Below are positions 40,181 to 49,792 of a stretch of 64,000 nucleotides of DNA, piece by piece; the stretch's first letter is position 1; every line of letters starts with the position of its first letter. Source of the DNA: an uncultured Verrucomicrobiae bacterium (GTDB taxonomy: Bacteria; Verrucomicrobiota; Verrucomicrobiia; Chthoniobacterales; JAFAMB01); assembly GCA_963762565.1 (NCBI GenBank), contig CAVXLD010000001.1, forward strand, positions 1,088,001 to 1,152,000, given 5' to 3'. Under the pieces are notes generated by a model. It had not been told where the DNA came from. It saw only the letters and a program-made list of their open reading frames with translations, and did not search any database. The translations under genes and the position numbers were made by a program.

Positions 40181-41149
40181 ATGAATCATGAAGGCAATTG
40201 GCTGCTCCCCAGTGGTGGCGGAGCGCAGCGGAATATCAGGCGGCGGGTCATCTCTCTTGCTATTTGGATCGCAGGTTGCACTCTGCTATTCAGTCCCTGC
40301 GCTCCGGTTCACGCCGGATGGCTAGAAGCGGACGTCGACTTCTCGAATTACGATGTGCCGTTATTCCAGCAGATCGTCAACCGCATCAAGGCCAAGGTTG
40401 CAGCCCGATTGGGAGAGGGCGTAAATACGCAGGACCGCTATTTTATTGTTCCGTTCGCTTTCCAAAAAAGGTGGAATAATCCGCAGTTTTCGCACTCGTT
40501 CATCTCCGTGATCCGCGTGCTCGGCGACGGCAAACAACCAAACCTCAGTCCGGGACTCCGGCGCGGGCGATTCAAGAACCGAGATTTTGAAGCATTTACC
40601 ATCAGCTGGGTGCCTCACGATTATGGTACTAATCCGGTGTGCGTTTTCGATGGCTTCGGCAGTCGGATTTTTCCAACCTGGAACAAATGTCCTATTGTCG
40701 TCGGGAGAGACTTCAGGCTGGCTGAGACACTGAAGGTCGCGCTGAATGACAAAAGTTCCGTCGGCATGTGGGGACCCTACGAGATCAGGAAAGAAGCGTT
40801 TGAGCTTGGCGTGAAGCGGATGCTTTTGCTCGACGGAGGAACTATCAAATATAAAGCCGATGACCGCCTTACTCGTAAGGATCAAGTCGCGATCAATTGT
40901 TTCCATGCGATGGCGAACTTGGAAGAACTTTATCCTAACGGCGGATTTCTAGGGTCGGGATTTAGGATGTGGGGAATCAATGGCACCGCCCGAGTTCTGA
41001 TCGAATACACCAAGGCGGTTCGTAACAGAGGCCTGCTGCTTGAGCCGGTCGATATCAAAAAAGATCTCTACGGATTTGTGTACGCCCCGGAGAGGAATAG
41101 CGGTGGCCTCTACGATCCTTTTCCGAACGCATCTGCGTACCACCAGTAG
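40181..41149 (+). CDS. secreted hypothetical protein
   Basis: 322 aa, AGGAG RBS, signal-like segment; SHSF and INCFH motifs. Confidence 0.7.
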   Translation: MNHEGNWLLPSGGGAQRNIRRRVISLAIWIAGCTLLFSPCAPVHAGWLEADVDFSNYDVPLFQQIVNRIKAKVAARLGEGVNTQDRYFIVPFAFQKRWNNPQFSHSFISVIRVLGDGKQPNLSPGLRRGRFKNRDFEAFTISWVPHDYGTNPVCVFDGFGSRIFPTWNKCPIVVGRDFRLAETLKVALNDKSSVGMWGPYEIRKEAFELGVKRMLLLDGGTIKYKADDRLTRKDQVAINCFHAMANLEELYPNGGFLGSGFRMWGINGTARVLIEYTKAVRNRGLLLEPVDIKKDLYGFVYAPERNSGGLYDPFPNASAYHQ

Positions 41150-41249
41150 GAATTCGTCCAATCGAAATGCGGCAAGTCTCAAAGACATCCGAGCCGCGGT
41201 TCGCAGCGAAGCGTGTGGCTGCGCTGCTACATTCTCTGATCGGGCGACG

Positions 41250-43919
41250 TCATTCACTTCTCTGCCTCGCAGCATCGGCGATATCACGAGCCACGAGCGC
41301 GGTCCAGCCGGTCTGGTGGCTTGCGCCTAGACCTCGACCGGTCTCGCCGTGGAAATATTCGTGAAAGAGGACAAGTTCGCGCCAATGCGGATCAGCTGCG
41401 AATCGGAGATCGTCTCCGTGACACGGGCGCCGTCCTGCGGCATCCGGCAGAAAAATACTCGCCAACCGCGCACCAAGTTCGTTCACGACTCCTTGAAGAT
41501 TCATCATACGACCCGAACCAGTAGGACATTCCACCTGCAACTTATCGCCGTAAAAATGGTGGTACCGCTCCAGTGCCTCGATCAGCAAATGGTTGACAGG
41601 AAACCAAATCGGTCCGCGCCAATTCGAGTTGCCGCCGAAGAGGTGAGTGCGGGATTCGCCGGGATCATAGTCGACGCGATGCTCTACGCCTTCCGCTATA
41701 AAGACGCACGGACTTTTCTCGTGGAACTTCGATAGGGACCGGATTCCATAAGGCGAGAGAAACTCACTCTCGTCGAGCATATAACTCAGCAGGCGCTGCA
41801 AACGCTCGCGCGCCGGAATCGCCAGTAGAAATCGTTGACTGTCGCCGTGCTCGTAAAAGCTGATATTGTGAGCAAGATCGGGACGGTGGTTTATGAACCA
41901 GGCCGCCCGTTTGTAGAAACCTGGAAGTTTCTTGATTGTTTCCCCCTCCAGGACTTCGGTCGCGATCAATGGCAACAGTCCGACCAGGGAGCGTGTCTTG
42001 AGTGGGATGGCGCTCTGATCGGTCCGCAGCTGGTCGTAGTAAAAGCCGTCCTCTTCGCTCCAAAGCCCGCTGCCGCCGAGTTGGTTCATCGCATCTGCGA
42101 TCTGGACGAAGTGCTCGAGAAACTTCGATGCCATGTCCTCATAGGCCCGATAAATACGCAGTCCTTCGCCAACCGCCAGCTCCAGCGCCATCGAAAGCAT
42201 TGTGGCGCAGTAAAACGCCATCCAGGCGGTGCCATCGGCCTGCCGGAGGACGGCTCCGTTTGGCAAGACCTGAGAGCGATCGAACACGCCGATGTTATCC
42301 AACCCAAGGAAGCCGCCCGAAAACAGGTTCTCACCGTTCGCATCCTTACGGTTCACCCACCATGTGAAATTGAGCAGCAGTTTCTGAAAGACGCTTTCGA
42401 GAAAGTCGCGGTCCCGTGCGCCCCGCTCGCCCGAGATTTTATAGACGCGCCAGGCGGCCCAGGCATGCACTGGTGGGTTCACGTCCCCAAAGGCAAACTC
42501 GTACGCCGGAATCTGGCCGTTCGGATGCATGTACCATTCCCGCAACAGTAGAATCAATTGCTCCTTGGCGAACTCTGGGTCGATATGAGCCAGCGGGATC
42601 ATGTGGAATCCAAGGTCCCATGCGGCGAACCATGGATACTCCCACTTGTCCGGCATCGAAATGATGTCGCGGCTATAAAAATGACTCCAAGCTTTGTTGC
42701 GGCCCTGCAGCCGACCGGTGGGCGGCGCCGGACCGGACGGATCGCCGCTAAGCCAATCCTGAACGATGTAGTGATAGAATTGTTTGCTCCAGAGCAGCCC
42801 TGCGGCGGCTTGGCGTACCACGCCCTGCTCGATACTGTTAAACTTTATCCTGTACAGAGAGCCGTAGTACTCATCAGCCTCACGCATGCGTTCGGCGAAC
42901 ACCGCGTCAGAGTCCGGAGCCTTCGTCGAAGCCTCCTGCTCATTGAAAAGCCGCAAGGAGATGGTTTGCGTGGAATAGGATGGGATGCGCAAAACATAGT
43001 GGAGAGCTGCCTTCGTGCCGGTCTTTGCTGGATTGACGGCGCCGTCCTTACCGTGAATAACGTAGTCGTGAAATGCGTCCTTAAAAAACGCGTGGTCGGG
43101 CCCGAGATTGTACAAGCGGCGCGTGTTCGTGTCATTCTCTGTAAAGAGCGCAAGCGGACGGGGAGAATCCGGGGTCGTCCCGCTATCGAGCAGATAATGG
43201 CCGAGCGATTCATGATGGAGCGAGAGACTGTCGGCGCCTGCCCACGTAATCCTCGGTTTAGTGGCACTGCGTTCATCGATCGCGCCCCATGACCAAGTGT
43301 TGCGAAACCAGACGGTCGGTAGCAGGTGAAGCGTCGCTGCCTCGGCGCCGCGATTGGCCGCAGTGAGGCGGATCAGGATGTCGTTAGGCCCGTTTTTTGC
43401 ATACTCGGCCGTGATATCGAAATAACGACTGTCGTCGAATACGCCGGTATCCAAAATCTCGAATTCAGGATCGTCTTTGCCCCGGCGTCGATTCTCCGCC
43501 ACCAGCTGCGCGTATGGGTACTCGGCCTGCGGATATTTATAAAGCGCCTTCATGTAGGAGTAAGTCGGCGTCGCGTCGAGATAGAAGTATTGCTCCTTCA
43601 CATCCTCTCCATGATTCCCTTCCGGACCCGTCAAGCCGAAGAGGCGCTCTTTCAGAATCGGATCCTTGCCATTCCACAACGCCAATGCGAAGCAAAGCCG
43701 GCATTGACGATCGGCGATGCCGAGCAGTCCGTCTTCCCCCCATCGGTAGGACCGGCTTCGAGCATGATCGTGCGGGAAGTAATCCCAACAACCGCCGTCT
43801 GGGGAGTAGTCTTCGCGCACCGTGGCCCACTGGCGCTCCGATAGATAAGGTCCCCAACGTTTCCAGTTTGCCTCACGCTGCGCATCGGCTGTAAGACGCG
43901 CCTTCTCGGCATTGCTCAT
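41250..43919 (-). CDS. MGH1-like / GH63-type glucosidase
   Basis: WKRWGPYLSERQW, MPDKWEYPWFAAWDL, GGFLGLDNIG, GLGASHQTGWT; start trimmed to ATG 43919. Confidence 0.92.
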   Translation of the reverse strand: MSNAEKARLTADAQREANWKRWGPYLSERQWATVREDYSPDGGCWDYFPHDHARSRSYRWGEDGLLGIADRQCRLCFALALWNGKDPILKERLFGLTGPEGNHGEDVKEQYFYLDATPTYSYMKALYKYPQAEYPYAQLVAENRRRGKDDPEFEILDTGVFDDSRYFDITAEYAKNGPNDILIRLTAANRGAEAATLHLLPTVWFRNTWSWGAIDERSATKPRITWAGADSLSLHHESLGHYLLDSGTTPDSPRPLALFTENDTNTRRLYNLGPDHAFFKDAFHDYVIHGKDGAVNPAKTGTKAALHYVLRIPSYSTQTISLRLFNEQEASTKAPDSDAVFAERMREADEYYGSLYRIKFNSIEQGVVRQAAAGLLWSKQFYHYIVQDWLSGDPSGPAPPTGRLQGRNKAWSHFYSRDIISMPDKWEYPWFAAWDLGFHMIPLAHIDPEFAKEQLILLLREWYMHPNGQIPAYEFAFGDVNPPVHAWAAWRVYKISGERGARDRDFLESVFQKLLLNFTWWVNRKDANGENLFSGGFLGLDNIGVFDRSQVLPNGAVLRQADGTAWMAFYCATMLSMALELAVGEGLRIYRAYEDMASKFLEHFVQIADAMNQLGGSGLWSEEDGFYYDQLRTDQSAIPLKTRSLVGLLPLIATEVLEGETIKKLPGFYKRAAWFINHRPDLAHNISFYEHGDSQRFLLAIPARERLQRLLSYMLDESEFLSPYGIRSLSKFHEKSPCVFIAEGVEHRVDYDPGESRTHLFGGNSNWRGPIWFPVNHLLIEALERYHHFYGDKLQVECPTGSGRMMNLQGVVNELGARLASIFLPDAAGRRPCHGDDLRFAADPHWRELVLFHEYFHGETGRGLGASHQTGWTALVARDIADAARQRSE

Positions 43920-43977
43920 GCCGGTGTCAAACTCCCCTTCACCGCGAGTGCCCATCATGTAACGCGTGCGATACTGG

Positions 43978-45174
43978 TCACGCCGTTGTCGAGAAACCGC
44001 CTCGTCTTCCAACTTGCCCAGCGGCGGCACCGTTACCAACACCAGCACTCCGCTGCCCCAAGATCTGCTGACCATGCGCTTCGGCCCGCGCGAACACGAC
44101 TTTGTACACCTGGCAATAAGGATCCTTGGCTAACAGCGTTCCCTTCGCGCTGTAAGTTCGCACAGGACATCCGCCGTGGCAGATCGATAGGTAGCGGCAG
44201 GCCAGGCAGTCTTCATGCTCCATTAGATGCTTCGGCCGCTCCACGAAATCCTGCCGCGCTCGACTGGTTTTTAGCATCCGCGTAAGGTCGGGTTCGCGGA
44301 ACATATTACCAAAGAAGTATTCGGGATAGCTGGTAACCCAGCAATCGCACTGAGCAACCGTCCCTCTGGCGTCCACTGAGATAAATTGATTGGAGCAGTT
44401 CTCTTTCCAGATACAGGGTAAACGTGCCGGTCGGCCGACGAAGTGATCAATCAAGGCATCGAACGGACCCAGCGATACACCAGCGTCGTAGCCTTTCTGT
44501 ATCCAGATATCAAAGAGCTCACCGAGAAACCGGGCCAGTTCACCATTATCGAGTTGAAAGCCGCCTTCGACATCTTTCGCCGGGCCACCGGCAAACGGGG
44601 TATTCACCTGGAAATCATCGAGACCAAGGTCCTCGGTGAAGTACCGATAGAACCTCTCCGCGCCGGCTTCCAGACTGGCTTTATGGAGTACGGCAATGAC
44701 CCCGATCTTGATGCCTGCTTCGCGTGCTTCGTGCAGCCTTTTAGTCCAAAGTTTAGTGTAAGCTTCCGCACCGCTCTTGATAAGCTTCCGATGGACATTG
44801 GGATAGTCCATCGACGTTCCGACGGATCCGTTAAACATCCCATGGATTACCCTATTCCACGATGGTGAATAGCTAATAAGATTCGTTTGTAGATAGTGAA
44901 CGAATTTGCGTCCTTTCTCCGCGGCAGCGCGTCCCATAAGATTTCCAGCGTCTGCAAACCAGTCGGGACCCATAATCATCGCTTCTCCGCCCTGCCAATA
45001 GATCTCGCAAACTTCGATATTCTCATGTTCGAGATGGTCAAGCAGTCGCCGAGTTAACAACGGGAGCAACGCCGGTGAAAGTCGATGCGGTTCCTTGTGC
45101 TCAAAGCAGTAATCGCAGGCGACGTTGCACTCTGACGTCGGTAGGAGGATCACGCTGAAGACTCGTCCGTTCAT
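43978..45174 (-). CDS. radical SAM/SPASM-domain peptide maturase (anSME-like; candidate cyclophane synthase)
   Basis: CNVACDYC, WQGGE, LQTN; SPASM cysteines CIWKENC...QCDC...CLACRYLSICHGGCP...YC. Confidence 0.93.
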   Translation of the reverse strand: MNGRVFSVILLPTSECNVACDYCFEHKEPHRLSPALLPLLTRRLLDHLEHENIEVCEIYWQGGEAMIMGPDWFADAGNLMGRAAAEKGRKFVHYLQTNLISYSPSWNRVIHGMFNGSVGTSMDYPNVHRKLIKSGAEAYTKLWTKRLHEAREAGIKIGVIAVLHKASLEAGAERFYRYFTEDLGLDDFQVNTPFAGGPAKDVEGGFQLDNGELARFLGELFDIWIQKGYDAGVSLGPFDALIDHFVGRPARLPCIWKENCSNQFISVDARGTVAQCDCWVTSYPEYFFGNMFREPDLTRMLKTSRARQDFVERPKHLMEHEDCLACRYLSICHGGCPVRTYSAKGTLLAKDPYCQVYKVVFARAEAHGQQILGQRSAGVGNGAAAGQVGRRGGFSTTA

Positions 45175-45189
45175 CAGTAGGGACTCCGG

Positions 45190-46104
45190 TTATTCTACGG
45201 GCGACGCCAGGGGTCCAACCTTCGCCAGCTCCTCTGTTTGATCAGCACGATCTCGGTTGGCAAGCTCGTGACCCATCTCATCGGCAGCAGCCTTTATGGC
45301 GAAGAACAACTGTTTGACTCCTCCGCAATCGTAAGCGGGATCCGGCCACTTGAAGTATCCTTGGCAGATCTCTTGGAAAGGACAAGTCACACACTCGGCG
45401 TCTTGCTCCAGTAGGCGTCTAAACCAAGCCTCCACAAAAGTCGTGGACGAGAGATCCGATGACGGAGAACTGAAGCCGCCGGGTAATTCAAAGCCGACGC
45501 CCACTCCTCGACGCAGAAATAAAGCTGGGTCTTCTTCAAGAATCATCCAGAGCGAACCGTCGCCGGTGCCGCACATGGCAGCCAACACCGAATGGAAGAA
45601 CTCTACCGGCGCTTCCACCATCGGATCACGAAGGTAGAAGGTTACCGCCTCGGTCAATTCAATTAGTACTTCAGGAGATGGTTGCCCCGGCAGTAATCGC
45701 ACCGGCAGTCGCAATGCGATAGCCACCTTGACGGCTCTAAGAAACCCGGGCGAGGCAGGCATACTCACCCTGACGTCACGGACGGCAAAGACGTCGACCA
45801 GTCGATACAAATCGGAAAACTGCGAACCGGGATCCGTAATGAGGACATCCAGAGGAACATTCGATGTGCTTTGCGCCGCCGGGATCCAAGCATCCTGATC
45901 GCTGAGCAACTCCTCTACTTGGATCCATTGTAAGCTAGCCGGGGCATTACTAAGCCATTGGCTAAGTTCAGCCCGGCTCCTGACGATGGCGACAAATGGG
46001 CTCCCACCGTGGCCGGACGCTAAATCGGACCGCAAGAAAAGAATGGGCCAATCGGGTTCTAGCGGCGCGCTATTGTACCCATCATTTACCAGCGGTTGAT
46101 CCAT
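45190..46104 (-). CDS. hypothetical protein with SPASM-like Cys-rich C-terminus
   Basis: CVTCPFQEICQGYF...YDC; no CxxxCxxC; sits between precursor and rSAM genes; start uncertain. Confidence 0.75.
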   Translation of the reverse strand: MDQPLVNDGYNSAPLEPDWPILFLRSDLASGHGGSPFVAIVRSRAELSQWLSNAPASLQWIQVEELLSDQDAWIPAAQSTSNVPLDVLITDPGSQFSDLYRLVDVFAVRDVRVSMPASPGFLRAVKVAIALRLPVRLLPGQPSPEVLIELTEAVTFYLRDPMVEAPVEFFHSVLAAMCGTGDGSLWMILEEDPALFLRRGVGVGFELPGGFSSPSSDLSSTTFVEAWFRRLLEQDAECVTCPFQEICQGYFKWPDPAYDCGGVKQLFFAIKAAADEMGHELANRDRADQTEELAKVGPLASPVE

Positions 46105-46433
46105 GAACCTCCGCCGCCATAGTACCGGCGGTTAATCCAGCCGCCACCACCCCCGCCGCGACCATTCAACCAGCCACCACCGCCACCCCAGCCTCCCCGG
46201 CCGTTGATCCAGCCGCCGACGCCCCCGCCAGCTCGCCGATTCACCCAGGCGCCAGCCTGAGCCGCCGGTGGAGATGCCAGCCAAGCGCCGCCGATTATTG
46301 CCGCCGCAATTGCGGCCCCTGACCATTTGCCCAGGCTTTGTAGAAACCACCGGCGTCCGAGCAGTTCCTGATTGTCACCTGAGCCGGTTGTTCCAGCAGA
46401 GTGCTCACTTTTCATAACCGTAAAATCGGCCAT
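46086..46433 (-). CDS. putative RiPP precursor: Tat signal plus Gly-rich core with five W-x-N motifs
   Basis: GRRWFLQ twin-Arg motif, hydrophobic helix, AQA site; core contains WVN, WIN, WLN, WIN, WIN. Confidence 0.85.
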   Translation of the reverse strand: MADFTVMKSEHSAGTTGSGDNQELLGRRWFLQSLGKWSGAAIAAAIIGGAWLASPPAAQAGAWVNRRAGGGVGGWINGRGGWGGGGGWLNGRGGGGGGWINRRYYGGGGSWINRW

Positions 46434-46436
46434 TTG

Positions 46437-46931
46437 TTAGGCGTCTTCCTTGCCCGTTGCCCCTGTCAACGTTGAGAAATGCATGGCAGCGATCCGCCAT
46501 TTGCCGGCCTCTTTTGCGACGGTAAGGGATAGGTTGATGGGGTAGGTGAACTCTTTCCCAGCCTTTTCGCCCGAGATATTTCCGGACGTCATCAGCCAAC
46601 CCATGTCAGTGCCAACCGCCGCTATTTTGAATTGGTATTCGTACTTTTGTTTTCCCTCGTCGAAACCCTGGAAGAAGTGCTGATAAGCAACTTTGATCTC
46701 ATCCGGACCGGACCAGATCTCTCCGGGACCGGTTCCCATGATAGCGGCCTTTTCAGTCAGGCATGCCATAACCCCCTCGAGGTTATGGTTAGTGAAGGCT
46801 TCATCGTGCGCCTTTAATAAAGCGCGAATCGGCTCTATCTCTGGATTTTCGGATGTCTCCGCATTCACTGCGGTAGGCAGCGTGGCAGCAATGCTAACGA
46901 CCCCGGCGATAATTGCTTCTCTTCGGTTCAT
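46437..46931 (-). CDS. Tat-signal NTF2/SnoaL-like protein
   Basis: MNRREAII signal with VNA site; IRALL...AF...NLEGVM; C-terminal KEAGKWRIAAMHFS. Confidence 0.85.
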   Translation of the reverse strand: MNRREAIIAGVVSIAATLPTAVNAETSENPEIEPIRALLKAHDEAFTNHNLEGVMACLTEKAAIMGTGPGEIWSGPDEIKVAYQHFFQGFDEGKQKYEYQFKIAAVGTDMGWLMTSGNISGEKAGKEFTYPINLSLTVAKEAGKWRIAAMHFSTLTGATGKEDA

Positions 46932-47424
46932 AACATCATTTTCTGGCGATCCCGAAAGTGTTTCTCGTTCGCAGTGGCCGATTCCTTAATCGAAAACGAC
47001 TGCATCATCCTGTTCTTGAGCCGGCTGGGGACCGCTTTGCAAGATTTCCCCAAGAAGGCGCGCCCTCCAATATCTATTGCAGCGCGTTGTAAGAGCTTTT
47101 GTGTATGGCAAAAGAGGCTCAGATTTTGACAACTTTCTAAACTCGAATACACGCTTATGTCCGTAAGAACATATGTGTGGCACTGAATCGTAGACTCGTT
47201 TTCGATTACAATCGCGTAGCGTACGCCAAAGATGATCGACGCAGAGAATCCGCTCTCTGTTGCAGAATTGGTGAGACTCACCGAACACGCAGGAATCCGC
47301 CGCGGAACTGCGGGATAGGACTAGGGCCTAATATCCGGTACGCAGCCGGAATAGTACGACGCTACCAGTTCGGTTCCGACCGAGGTCGAAGCTATAAAAT
47401 CTTGAAGTTTCAGACATAGTCGCC

Positions 47425-47796
47425 ATGCTGGCGGGAGATTTTGTTGCAACGATGGAACCTCCCGCCTTACCCAACGTAAAGGGACGTTCATCGAAACGGC
47501 GGTGGAAAAGTTTTGCCTGCTATCTTCCTCTGGCAACCATCGGACTGCAGATTGCCTGGGGCGTATTACTTTTCGTGGCGTTGATCTTCGCAGTCGGCGA
47601 TACTCCCTACAGAAACACCCCAAGTAATCAGCATCTATTCGAATTCATCGGGGCATTGCCCGCGATAGCAGGATCGATTTTCGGAGTAATCGCGATGGTC
47701 TGTCGTTGGCCACAAAACCCGGTCGATTGGATAGGTCTCATCGGGGGCACTATCGTTTGTTCTGTTCTTGCTATCTGGCTCGGAGGTTTTTTGTAA
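47425..47796 (+). CDS. small membrane protein (three TM)
   Basis: Three hydrophobic segments in 123 aa. Confidence 0.55.
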   Translation: MLAGDFVATMEPPALPNVKGRSSKRRWKSFACYLPLATIGLQIAWGVLLFVALIFAVGDTPYRNTPSNQHLFEFIGALPAIAGSIFGVIAMVCRWPQNPVDWIGLIGGTIVCSVLAIWLGGFL

Positions 47797-47821
47797 CTTT
47801 AAGTACCAATTGTTGATGACA

Positions 47822-48046
47822 ATGGACAAAGACGTAGAACACTTAAAGCTACTCTCGATTTTCTATTATATCGTGGGCGGGCTGGCCTGCTTTTGTGGAC
47901 TGTTATGGATACTATATATCGTATCCGGCGTCATTCTGGTAGTCGCGTCGGGATCTATGGCAAGTGACGATCGCATGGGAGCATCTATCGGCGGCGTCGC
48001 GGCCGCTATCGTCGGTCGTCTTGCGACTCTAGCGTGCGGTAGTTGA
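47822..48046 (+). pseudogene. probable truncated membrane protein
   Basis: EHLKLLSIFYYIVGGL N-terminus, ends within the second TM. Confidence 0.45.
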
Positions 48047-48174
48047 CTACCTGGCATTCTTTGTTCCGGCTGCCGGAACTATTGTCTAGATGGCGTCGCC
48101 GAGCTTCCGCGATCCGACGAACAATGTTGTCGTTCCTCGCACCAGGCATATCAGAACACAACTTCCGGCACTGC

Positions 48175-49080
48175 GCAGTCACCGATCTAATGGAACCGGA
48201 TCGCATTGTGATTGGATCGAACAGCCAGCGGGCGTTAGCGATTATGGAAAAGGTTTACGCGCCGTTTTCGGCGCCAATTATGGTGACGGATGTCAAGAGC
48301 GCTGAGTTGATAAAGCATGCGGCCAACTCGTTTCTTGCGCTCAAAATTTCTTATATCAACGCGGTGTCCGCAATTTGTGAGACCACTGGAGCAGATATTG
48401 AACAGGTCGCAGAAGGGATTGGGGCGGACAAACGAATCGGAAGGAGCTTTTTCAGCGCCGGTCTGGGATATGGAGGGTCTTGCTTTCCGAAGGACCTTGC
48501 CGCCTTCATTGCCATCAGCGAACAAATTGGCGAACCCTTCCAGCTCCTGCGCGAGGTCCAGAGAATAAACCGCCAGCAGCGCGAACGCTTCGTAAAGAGA
48601 TTACGCGACACTTTGTGGGTGTTAAAAGAGAAGCGAATCGCAGTTTGGGGTCTTACCTTTAAACCACATACCGACGACGTTCGCAGTTCGGTGGCCGTCG
48701 ATCTGGTAAACGATCTTATTCGGGAAGGCGCCCTCGTGACCGCCTACGACCCAAAAGGCAACCAAAAGGTTCAAGAGCTCAATCTTTGTCCAGGAGTTCA
48801 TCTGGCCAAGTCCGCGCTCGAGGCTGTGCAGGATGCTGAAGCATTAGTCTTAGCAACGGAATGGCCCGAGTTCAGTGAAGCGGATCTCACAGAGGTATAT
48901 CAGCGGATGCATATGCCAATCGTTTTCGACGGAAGGAATCTATTCGATCCGGCTACCATGCGAGATCTCGGTTTCCAATACTTCGGCATCGGGCGTCCGT
49001 TGGACGACCCCGGCGACAGTAACCGGAATAGTAACGGCACAAGCACGCGTGGCGACCTCGTTGCCCTCCGCTCTAACTGA
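48175..49080 (+). pseudogene. ugd: UDP-glucose/GDP-mannose dehydrogenase, 5'-truncated
   Basis: PDRIVIG, SAELIKHAANSFLA.KIS, GYGGSCFPKD, GLTFKPHTDD present; N-terminal GxGYVG Rossmann half absent. Confidence 0.85.
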
Positions 49081-49139
49081 CCATCCTCAGCACGCCGCGG
49101 ACTCTCTCGGAAAATTGGTCTAGCCGCGGCGGCGATCAA

Positions 49140-49625
49140 TTACTCTTCGCCATCGAAGTAGTCGACGGCTTTTCCCTTCAGAACCGGCCCATTCAGATTC
49201 GAGGGTAATCCCCATTTGTCGCTGTCCGGATAATAACAGGTTTCACCCACCGGATTGTCAGCGATGATGTAAAACACGAGTTCTTCACTGCCGTCGTTGA
49301 TGATTTGATGAGGCTCGCCGGGAGCGCAAAAGACGGCATCGCCGCTGGTTAGCTCAGTTAAACCCTGGGGCGTTCTGAATTTGCCGGATCCGGACAAGAT
49401 CAAGTAGAGCTCTGATTGGCTAGAATGAGCGTGGTACGGACAAGGGGAAATGCCCGCGGGTACACGACAGAGTTCCAAGTCGAAGGGGTGACTATTCTGC
49501 TTCGAATCCGAATCCTTAATATGCCCAAGAGCCTGTGAAATGTTTTGGCTGAACGATCGGAAACGGCTGGCAGGTGAAGGTGGATTCTCTTCCACCGGCA
49601 CCTGACAGAGATTTACTTTACGCAT
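49140..49625 (-). CDS. cupin domain protein
   Basis: PYHAHSSQSELYLILSG...PHQIIN; CYYPDSDKW. Confidence 0.9.
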   Translation of the reverse strand: MRKVNLCQVPVEENPPSPASRFRSFSQNISQALGHIKDSDSKQNSHPFDLELCRVPAGISPCPYHAHSSQSELYLILSGSGKFRTPQGLTELTSGDAVFCAPGEPHQIINDGSEELVFYIIADNPVGETCYYPDSDKWGLPSNLNGPVLKGKAVDYFDGEE

Positions 49626-49792
49626 TGTGATCTGCTCCTCCAGAACAACGAGCTTTGCAATATGGGTTTTCAGGCTGGGACAAGGTCTCGAAGTGATTGT
49701 GGCGCCGCCTAACTTTCACCAACCGAGTTTCTTTAAACCATTTCCACTGAACGACACTTGATTTGGCGTGCTCAGCCGGGGTTACGTCTATA

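Noticed and set aside
41250..43919. Glucosidase as a tailoring enzyme of the RiPP cluster
   Set aside because: Co-oriented and close, but it is a widespread stand-alone family and no glycosyltransferase is present; linkage is unsupported without synteny data
43920..44075. N-terminal extension of the glucosidase ORF overlapping the rSAM gene
   Set aside because: Family-like sequence starts at MSNAEK with a GGGGAG upstream; the extension is likely not translated
48043..48174. Novel N-terminal domain fused to UDP-glucose dehydrogenase
   Set aside because: Reads as non-coding sequence in frame with a truncated gene
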